From contig BQFW01000009.1 of NCBI GenBank assembly GCA_020891255.1, forward strand, positions 1,550,001 to 1,614,000: a DNA stretch of 64,000 nt, given 5' to 3'. Position 1 is the first letter of the stretch. The number at the start of each line of letters is the position of its first letter. Positions 50,821 through 60,168 of this stretch are shown piece by piece. Source of the DNA: Entomortierella parvispora E1425 (Eukaryota > Fungi > Mortierellomycota). The notes below the pieces were generated by a model that ran no database searches, was not told the origin of the DNA, and saw nothing but the letters and a program-made list of their open reading frames with translations. Position numbers and translations under genes: made by a program.

Positions 50821-52421
50821 TCAATGTCTGCACATGCGAGACCTCAATAGATGTCCCGCCTGTGCATCTACCGTAATCTCCTCAAGATACGTCAGACGAA
50901 TCCAATGTTTGAGGACCCAGTGCGCCTCTGCCTCTGTCCAGGCAAATCCGATCTCTGAAGTTCCACGAAACTGCTCCAGTTGTTGCAAAGTCCTCAATTT
51001 GTCCAAACCTGTAACCAATGACAGCTTCATCGCGTAAACCATCACGTTGTCTCCTGTAAATGCATCGGGCAAGCTGCGGCAGCTGAGATAGCCCATCGAC
51101 AAGTCAAGGCTGGTGAGGTTTTTCAGGCTACCAACCCTCTCTAGAACCATCTCCTCTGCTCGTGTATCCAGGAGGACGATGGCCATTTTCAGCTTCTTCA
51201 AACCAGAACAAACCCATGGACCACCACCACCCTTGAGGATGTCAACGTCGGTTATGTAGTCGATTGTAAACTCTTCAAGACTGGGTACCGAAGACAGGAT
51301 AGCTTGTGCGAGCTCTCCAGTGCTGCTGCTGATTCTGCTCCTCAATCGTAACACCTTGAGCTTTGTCAGAAACTGAGGGGTCTCCATCTGGATAGTCTTC
51401 AGAGATTCCACCTCCATGATCCCGTCAGTACACTCGAATCGGGACAGTTTCGGAAATCGGAGGGAGAGCTCCCTCAGGTCCTTGCGTCTCATATCTGCAA
51501 TCCTAGCCTCAGAGTTTGAAGTTGCTGACCAAATGGCGTCTTCTGAGAGATTTCGACAAGGGTAGAGCTCACATCATCGATGGAATCACAGCCGAGGCGG
51601 ACTAAATCTGGGCTTTTCGTGATGAGCAGCATATAGATCAACTCTGCAGCACGACCCATAAATGCAAATAACTTCAAGTCAAGATATTTGATGATTGTTG
51701 GGCCTTTGCTTGAGAAGGCAGCCATTATATCCAACTGGCGATTCTTGGATACGTTATCAATTTTGGCATTCCCGGTCCAAGAAAGGGTCACCACACGGGA
51801 CCACAGTGGCTCGAACCATTCCATCCAGTCTTCCAACGAGTCAAAGCATTGACAGTTTAGTTGCAGCCTCTCCAGTTGGGTGCATCCAGAAAGGGCTCCA
51901 AGAATATTGCTGGAGGTGTCAGAAGTGGAGATGAAGACCCTCAAAGACGAGCGATGTCTCTTGATCAATGCTACAAGTGATCTTTCATTCTTGAGCATAG
52001 TCCGATTAATCCGTCCAAACCACTTATCTCGATACAGTGTGTCGCTGATCTCCAGATGCGTCAGGTTTCGACACTTGATTGTACTGCAGGGCATCTTGAA
52101 GTTGCTTTCGCATGTCAAGACCAGCTTTTGGACCAATGACCAGTATTTGTCGCGCTCGGGCAGTGGTGGTCCAGAGGGATCATATTTGTCCAAGTTTATC
52201 ACAAGACTGGTCCAGAGAGGAGGAAGGAAGGCCTGGTACCAGTTACGACTGATGCGAAGACAGGTGGCAATGTCGCGTTTGTGCATGTACGAAGCAATGA
52301 GTTGCAGCAGTTCTGGAATGTCCAGAGGACTCGGTCGAGTGAATGAGGAATGGGAGTCCATGGGCTTTCCTGGTTGGTGCTGCATTTGTTGGTTAATGAG
52401 ATGGTTCGACTTGTCCGACAT
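50821..52421 (-). pseudogene. F-box-like + LRR tandem copy B with a 1-bp frameshift
   Basis: Close paralogue of copy A along its whole length, split into ORFs 51489-52595 and 50821-51492. Copy A reads CTA CGC TCT GCG GAT ATG; copy B reads CTA GGA TT- GCA GAT ATG. Confidence 0.75.
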
Positions 52422-52889
52422 GGTGTGGTGCAATGCATGTGAAGGGGACAAAGAGTGCGAATCAGCTCGACAAGGAGGATCAACGCGCGCGCGGCCACTT
52501 CGTGCACGTGATGGAGCCTGAGCGCGCATTCGTTGACCAAAAAAAGGAGGCCGCGCTCCACAGGTGTCCATGTTGTCCCTCCCAAGGTCCTGCAATCTAG
52601 CCTTGCGTATGAGTGCACTGCATGCCTCTGTAGTCTGTAGGTCTGAGTGTACAGTAAGTTTTACCCTGTAATGTTGTGCGGGCTATCGCAAAATGTGTGG
52701 CGAAGTTCAAGTGTTTACTCCAACCACAACCGGAGCGACACCAGATGTAAACTTTTCGGCCAAACAGCTTGCGTTTCTTTCGATACATTTACAGGTACGT
52801 TTTTGACAATGCGAGTTCCACGCGTTCTTGAAGGAAGCTGTACATGTACAACGCTTTATTTTGTTTCTATGAAAGAACCTACCTTTGAC

Positions 52890-55062
52890 TCAGTTTCGGC
52901 GCGACATGAATAAGGCATAGAATTGTAAGTTGGGTCGATGCTGCTTTAACCACACCCAATGAGCACACCGAACCACCTTGTAGAACACATCCTCATCCTC
53001 GATCGAGAACTCGATTGATTCCAAAGAACGCCAATGAATGTGAATGAACTCAACCTCGGCTTGACCCATCAACGACCAAAAATCGCCTACCAGTGACAGT
53101 CTTCTCAGTTGCGCAAGGTGCGTCAGCTTTGAGAGTCCCATTAGCAAGGTGAAATCGTCCAGCACCAATTCCTGTGCTCGCTTCTGCTCCTTTTGATTCA
53201 TATCTTTGATCTCCTCTTGGGTCGCACGAAACGGAAGATAATGCCGAAGAGATGCCATGCCATGAACGATTAAAGAGACATCGTAACCCAGCGTCAGCTC
53301 CTCCAAGAATTGTAGACGATTGACCTGAGAATAAAATTGGTGCTTCTTTTGTTGCTGTTCTCGCAGGTAGCTTTTCGCCTTGCTGTCGCCTGTTGAAAAG
53401 TCCTGAAGAAACGAGGACAAGATCCTGGGTGTTGCATCCTTGTACTGAAGAACAATCTTCAAGTATTTAAGAGCGTCCTTGCATTTCCAGTCCGTCATTG
53501 TTGTTTGATCGCTATGGAGCATGGTTGCTCTTTCGCCTCCAGAGTAACAACCTTCAGAGCTGCACCAAACTTTTTGTCGCGTTGTCGCTGGGATTGAATC
53601 CACGACTGAAAATCGACGAAGGTGTGGAGCATACTGGAAGATTTGCCCAAATCCATGATTCTGAATAAAGTCGTTTGCAACACCGAGGTCCAACTCCCGA
53701 AGATATTGACCTATTCGCTTAAATCCCGTCATGAGAATAAACGCGCCATCTGAAATTGAAGGAAAGTAATCCATGCAAAGGGATTGAACACGATGGATAA
53801 AAACCACCGAGGATTGGTTTTTGTGCCAGAAATCCGCTGTTTGGCTGTCATCCATGGCTGCAAGTTCCTCTGGTGTGATGTAGACTTCTGACACGGCCGT
53901 CATGATTTCAGGAGAAGAGAGCGAGGAAGAAGACCCGTTTGACTTTGGCTGGACGACTTCTGTTCATAAGAAGATGAATAGATACAGAGTCTCTGCGACA
54001 AAGCTATTCTGGCGATCAAAGCATCGTCCGAACTCGATTGTCAGCTTTTTCACCAGAGGGCAGCTGTCCACCAGGGTTTCCATCACAGCGTCCAAGTTCT
54101 CAAAATCAATTCTAGGGATATCCCAGCTCTCCAGAAGGGGGACCCGGTGCTCAAGAACATCCAAAAGCCAAGTTATCGGAAGCCATCCTGGACACCGAAC
54201 ACCCGGAAGGACCAAGGTGTGGACTTTGGTCGCTCGCGCGCCTTCCGTTGCTCCAATGCTCACGATGTTAGTAAGTTCCTCGGCTTCTGGCTCGACCAAG
54301 AATCTACAGATCAGGGTTTGTAGACCGGGACAGTGATCCAGCGCCCCATTCGCGATTGCCATTGCCAGTTTGAGGGGAAGTTCCTTAACGTCTTCATAGT
54401 CCTCAGGGTCCAAAGAAGTCGCCACGTCGTCCTTCCACTCTCTTTGATCTCCGAGAATGAGCTTTTTGAGACAGATAAATCCGCCGGACGTAAGAAGCTG
54501 AACAAATTGATAGCCATGCCCATGTCAGGTCGACTAGACAATTGTTGACGCTCAGCAGACCGACTATCGAGTTGAATATGACAGGTTTGGCCTCCAGTGC
54601 CTCGAGTGAGCCAATAGTTATTCTCCCTCCAGTATCAAGCCTCTCCCTCCTGCCAAAATCGAGAATTGATAGGGTCTGCAAGTCCGTCATCGCTGTAATC
54701 GCACTGCCAGCATCCACAGTCTGAGGAGAAGAGCCATTGTCCTGCGAAAGGACTTCCAGGAGAAGACTGACGATATCAAGAGGACAGTCGAGATAGACAT
54801 GCCGCAGGTAATTTCTGTTGTCCGCAAGGAACTGTCGCGATGTGGGTTCAGTGACCAATGACCGCACACGTGCAAGCGCAAAGGAGGAGGGATGGGCACT
54901 CAGTCGAACGACCAGTTGGGTCCAAAAGAACGGCGAAAACTGGCGACGGAGGAGGCGACACGTCGACATTAAGGCTACCAAGTCGGAGACAGATAGGTCT
55001 AATGAGACCTGAGCGGCCAGCTCATAGACCCTGAAGAACGGATGTGGTGCACCTGACGACAT
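52890..55062 (-). pseudogene. Divergent F-box-like + LRR copy C with an apparent frameshift and an in-frame TGA
   Basis: F-box-like start PFFRVYEL..LMSTC..FSPFFW. The frame changes near 54520. ORFs 53964-54425 and 52890-53903 are in the same frame, separated by TGA at 53964-53966. Family motifs WKCKDALKYLKI and GLSKLTHLAQLRRLSL are present. Confidence 0.65.
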
Positions 55063-55468
55063 CTTGCTGGAGTATGGACAAGATGGACAAGATGCAACGC
55101 AGCATGCAGCATGCAGTTCCTACTTCGATGCGTCACGTGTTTTCTGAATTCTGGCCTCACACGGGTGAAAAAACAATGGCAATCCCGCGTGTTGCTGTTG
55201 TTGTTGCGCTGAGACAACGGCGATGCATTGCGCCAGGGAGAGAGGCAACCACCACAACAACAACATCTGGAAGATACACAACGGTCTGTTATACACAACG
55301 GTCTGTTTGTTTTAATGTGTGTGTCATCGATGCTGGCCAGTCCTGATATTTTTTTTTCCTTCTTTTTCGTTTCTTCTCCCAACTGTTCGTCCCTGACCTT
55401 CCGCTTCCATTGCATTCTTGTGAGTTCTCCTTCTTTTCCCTCATCTTCCCACGCGCGCGATTGTTCCA

Positions 55469-56599
55469 ATGTCCTCCGACTTGATAGCTAGGTTGGTCCG
55501 AGAAGCACTCGCAAGAGAGCTGCGGACCTTGGCCGCCAACGTCGAAGCCTCTGTCATGTCCCAGCTCCAACAGCTGGAGCCTGCTGTCGACGTCAGCGCC
55601 GCACCCACTTCACCATTCACATCCACCGACTTTCCTCCGACCCCTTTCTCTTGCGCCTCTTCCTCCACACTGGACTGGACTCAGACTCTACTTCCTGCAG
55701 CTCAAATGATCATGACACCGCCACCCGACCCAACGCCTTCATCGCCCTTTTCTGCCTTCCCGCCAACACAACTGCCGCTGCCCCCAGTCTATTATCGGAA
55801 CTCTCAACCAACACCAGGCTCACGACCCCAATGCATTGATCAAAGGATCCCTATTGAGATCTGGCACGTCATCATGGCGTATCTCTACCCGTCACAAATT
55901 ACCCGGCTGTCGTGCGTCAGTCGCACCATGCACGCGATTGTGAGTTCTCTCAACTCGTGGTCTCGATGGTTCTTCAAGGCCCATGGCCCTGAAACGCGTC
56001 TGTTTACATTACCCGGCATGCCCGCGTCTAAAAGTTACATGTTGTACATGTGTGCCGTCAGTTCCCGGATCTGCGAACGCTGCTTTGCCCACAGTGGCCT
56101 TGGCTCGATCAATCCTGTTCTGTTGCCCCTGCCTGTCCATGTGCCTGTGCCAAAGATCTTTAGAGCGCCCCCAGAGCCATTTTTCAACAAGAACGGAGAT
56201 TATACAACCAAGGTTGATTATGTGGGGCTGCCGATGAACAAGAACTGGACCATTCGACTGTGTTTGTGCTGTCGCCGCAAACATTACGAGGTCTACGAGG
56301 AACATGTGCCAGCGAATATCTTGGGTGAATACAAGACCCAAGGAGATCTGCTAAAGAAGTACGCCTTGAGGGAATCAGACATGGATGCGCTGACGATCAG
56401 GGGGAGGTCGAGGAGAAACAGCAATGGACGAAACGGGGGCAGTGGATCCCAAGCCACGTTTTCGGAACAGTCGGCCCTACAGTTCGCAAGGATCAAATAT
56501 GGTGGTAACGTGGGCATCTGGGCTGCCAAAGGCGTCATAACTTCTGGAACGTCGGATGAGAAAATGAGGAAAAGGATCGACGCGTACAAGACGAGGTAA
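55469..56599 (+). CDS. F-box protein with a C-terminal XPA/Rad14-like region
   Basis: F-box IPIEIWHVIMAYLYPSQITRLSCVSRTMHAIV..W, then ICERC..LCLCCR..KTQGDLLKKYALRESDM..ARIKYGG. A GTAAGG at 56596 could open an intron, so the C-terminus may extend further. Confidence 0.8.
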   Translation: MSSDLIARLVREALARELRTLAANVEASVMSQLQQLEPAVDVSAAPTSPFTSTDFPPTPFSCASSSTLDWTQTLLPAAQMIMTPPPDPTPSSPFSAFPPTQLPLPPVYYRNSQPTPGSRPQCIDQRIPIEIWHVIMAYLYPSQITRLSCVSRTMHAIVSSLNSWSRWFFKAHGPETRLFTLPGMPASKSYMLYMCAVSSRICERCFAHSGLGSINPVLLPLPVHVPVPKIFRAPPEPFFNKNGDYTTKVDYVGLPMNKNWTIRLCLCCRRKHYEVYEEHVPANILGEYKTQGDLLKKYALRESDMDALTIRGRSRRNSNGRNGGSGSQATFSEQSALQFARIKYGGNVGIWAAKGVITSGTSDEKMRKRIDAYKTR

Positions 56600-57636
56600 G
56601 GGGTCAGGCGGACTGCAGAAGCAGTTGTCTCTCTCTCCTTTTCTGCTAGTTTGAATAAACCCCTGTTGGACCTGGACGTGTTTCTTTAGGGCACCCCACA
56701 GAGGCTCGTAGATCTGGGTACCCACGCTGCCCCTACTGGTCGCAGACCCATACCTAGAAAAAAAAAGTACATACGCTAAGGGCCTATGGAAAGAGGAGCC
56801 GACCTGTTTCTTCTTCAAATGACTCATTGACAAAGATACATTGCGGGAAAATGAGGTGCATCTTGAGGACTACCACCATGTGCGCGATACACGCCCTCAA
56901 GGCAGAAAAGACACGGGGGTAAGTTGCCTTGGTCAAAATCAAGCAAAGTGTACCCTCGGTAAGGCAGGGGCACTAGTCTAAATGATCCTCGATCTTTGAT
57001 TACTCTTTGCTCATTTCTCATCGAAATTGGCGCGTGAGTGTGGAGCGGAAGAATGGGATGATGTTGTGGTACACAACACAAAATGGATTCAGGCGCGCCT
57101 TCCTTGCTCCCCGGCGCCCTTGGTAGCCCGATGCAGGTACAATTGTTGTCACGCACATCCAGGGGTAGCAGGAAGCCTCGAAGGGGTCTCGCTCTCTCTC
57201 GGCCAAACATTTTCAGCACCAGAAATTGATTTCATTTCGAAAAGATTCAGAGTTAGCTTCAAGCAGACGGCTCTCAACCTTCAGAACCCTTGGATTTGCA
57301 ATTGCGCTTCTCTCGTCGTGGACAGGAACGATTTTTGCGCCCTCCAATTGTTCGCTGGGAGGAAATTATCAGACGATTTTACTTGAGAGCCACACACCTC
57401 AAACTTGCCTTGAGTGAAAGGTATAAAAGGAGAAGAGTCCACGGCAATTGTTTCTCTTCGTCATCCTCAACCCTATTCCTCACTCTCGCTTAACCTCCCC
57501 TTCCCAGCGTCCCTGATCGTCACCACACGCTACGACATCACACTCTTTCTCGATCGCGAAACGAATCAGCAAGCCCCTCCGTCTCCAGACACTCATACTT
57601 TGTACAGAAAACACCAAACGCCCATATCAAACAATC

Positions 57637-58465
57637 ATGGTCAAGATCACCTCTTTCCTTTTGGCCAGCGTGGCCATCTTTGCAGTCTCCACTCAAGCGC
57701 AGGTTTCGCTTGAGCCAATTGCAAAGAGTACCACAGACTTGGCTCTTTACCACGAGGCTGCCGCCCTTGCGGATGGCGGGATGAACATCTTGCCTTACCC
57801 TGCCCCCCACAACTCTGGATCCCACAAGGCACTCCAGCGTCGTGCCACCACTAAGAAGTCCAAGAAGCCCTCCGTCAAGCTGACCAAGGACGAGCAGTCC
57901 ATCTTGGACACCCACAACAAGTTCCGCGCTCTTCACCAGGCTCCCCCATTGACCTGGAACGCCAAGTTGGCTGCTTTCGGCAACAATCACCTCAAGGCCT
58001 GCGAGTTCAAGCACAGTGGCGGACCTGTAAGTTTCCCAGTTTCTCGCTCTTTTTTTCTGTCTCTCCCTTCTCTGGCAGGCTACATTGCTCTTTTTTTTTG
58101 CATGATGGGAAGGATCGTCGAAAAAGAACAAGCAAATTAACCAGGTGCGCTTTTTCTTTTTTTAACCCTGTGTGCAGTATGGTGAGAACTTGGCCGCTGG
58201 CTACAAGGACTACAAGACTGCCATCACCGCATGGTACAACGAGGTTAAGAGCTACAACTACAACCGTCCTGGCTTCTCAGGCGCAACCGGCCACTTTACT
58301 CAGGTCGTGTGGAAGGCTACCACGCAGGTGGGATGTGCCAAGAGGTTCTGCCAGAACTCCAACTGGACCATCTACATCTGCGAGTACAGTGCCCCCGGCA
58401 ACATTGTCTCACCCCCCACCAACGAGTACTTCAGAAAGAACGTCCTTCCCCCCAAGAAGAAGTAA
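57637..58465 (+). CDS. Secreted CAP/SCP/PR-1 superfamily protein (Pry-like), 2 exons
   Basis: Signal peptide, ILDTHNKFRALHQAPPLTWN, HSGGP|YGENLA, GHFTQVVWKATTQVGCA and YICEYSAPGN. Confidence 0.95.
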
Positions 58466-59190
58466 AGCAAGAAACACGAAAAGAAGAGAAGAGGGATGAA
58501 GCCACTGAGATCTTGCTCCCGTTGCTGGCTCCCTCTCCCTCTCACTTTCTCACTTGATTCTCATTCTGAATTTCTGAATGCCCAAGGATTACAAAATAAA
58601 ATAAAAAAACAATACAAAAAGCATTGAGGGAGGGTACAGAGATGAATCGCTAGGTTGCCACGGGAAGTGCCTATACAGATTGCACTTTTTTTTTTTTTTT
58701 CTTTTTTTTTTTTTTTTGGTACCGAGATGGAACCAGCGGGCGAAAGTGATTTCTCATTTGAGAGAATGTCATGACCTGATTCTGATGGACATCTCCGTCT
58801 CATTATCGTTGCCATTGAATCAAGTGTGCATTCACCAATTCCGATTCAGCTAAAGTCTTGTTCCACGGAGAAGCCGCAAAAGAAGAGATCATCGGGGTCG
58901 ACCCAAAATGTCCTTTTCAGGACAACAAGTGTAGATTGGATGATGAAAAACAGGTTTCTCAATCTCTCCTGGATGCAGCGATCGCCCTTGCATGAGCGGG
59001 AACACGTAAGAACACCGTCAGACTTTCAAACTCGGCTGAACTTGCCGTTGGTATAAAGGCGGCCCACAGAAGGACCTTTACATGGTATGAACGCGAAGTA
59101 TCAATCACAGCAGTAACTGACATCCGACATCCCCCTCCCCTGTACCCCGTAATCCCGTAATCCTCACAACGTAGAACAGTACCTCTTCAA

Positions 59191-60168
59191 ATGTCCTCCT
59201 CATTCTCTCAACTCAAATGGTGGAAGACTTACTTCACCCCCAACCGCTATTCTTACGACCAGATCCCCGATCAGACCGGGAAGGTAGCCATCGTCACCGG
59301 CGCCAACACAGGACTTGGCTACGCCACCATTGTCGCCCTGGCCGGTCATGGCGCCCACGTCTTCCTCGCCTGCCGTAGCAAAGAACGTGCCTTGGGAGCC
59401 ATTGAACGTGCCAAGAAAGAGATCAAGGAGTCCTATCCTCACGCAGCATCGCCCAAGCTTGAATTCCTGGAATTGGACCTGAACGACATTACCAAGTGCA
59501 AAAAGGCCGCAGACGAGTTCCAGAGTCGAAACCTGCCACTCCACTTGCTGGTCAACAATTCAGGAATCATCTGTCCATTCCAACTGAGTGCGGATGGGAT
59601 CGAGAAGCAGTTCGCAGTCAACCACATGGGGCATTTCGTCTTCACGATGGCCTTGTTGGATAGACTCAAGGCTTCGCAACCCTCCAGGATTGTGATCCTG
59701 AGTTCACTGGCCCACGAAAACATTACAGATGGCATCGACTTTGAGACTCTGAACGATGAGTCAAAGCTCGATAACATGGCTCGCTACGCTCGGGCAAAGC
59801 TCGCCAATGTTCTGTTTGCAAAGGCCCTGGCACGTCGTTTAGCCAAGGAAAGGGTCTATGTCAATATTGCCCACCCTGGCTATGTCACCCAGACGGAACT
59901 GAACAGGGATGAGGGTGTGTATCCTGGACCAGTCAAGTGGGTTCTGGATTTGATGTTCAGACTCAATGGTCGACCACCCAAGGAAGGAGCACTTACCCAG
60001 CTGTATGGGGCGACCAGTCCTGAGATCGAGAACAAGGATCTCCGGGGAAGGTATTTCATTCCAATTGCCAATGAGATACAGCCGAGTAAGGTCGCCAGGG
60101 ATGAGGAACTACAGGAACGGCTTTGGAGGTACTCGGAGGATATTGCCCGCAAACACGTCAAAGCGTAG
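59191..60168 (+). CDS. Short-chain dehydrogenase/reductase (retinol dehydrogenase/WWOX-like), intronless
   Basis: IVTGANTGLG (TGxxxGxG), LVNNSGI, FAVNHMGHF, YARAK (YxxxK), HPGYV and GRYFIP. Confidence 0.95.
   Translation: MSSSFSQLKWWKTYFTPNRYSYDQIPDQTGKVAIVTGANTGLGYATIVALAGHGAHVFLACRSKERALGAIERAKKEIKESYPHAASPKLEFLELDLNDITKCKKAADEFQSRNLPLHLLVNNSGIICPFQLSADGIEKQFAVNHMGHFVFTMALLDRLKASQPSRIVILSSLAHENITDGIDFETLNDESKLDNMARYARAKLANVLFAKALARRLAKERVYVNIAHPGYVTQTELNRDEGVYPGPVKWVLDLMFRLNGRPPKEGALTQLYGATSPEIENKDLRGRYFIPIANEIQPSKVARDEELQERLWRYSEDIARKHVKA

Noticed and set aside
53964-53966. In-frame TGA as a selenocysteine codon
   Set aside because: It lies in an LRR protein with no redox motif or aligned Cys and no evident SECIS; a second lesion in the same gene favours decay.
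56600-57400. Possible eroded 3' exons of the F-box/XPA-like gene (fragments such as RLVDLG..KYIR and RECGAEEWDDVVVHNTKW)
   Set aside because: The fragments are broken by stops in every frame and cannot be joined with confidence.
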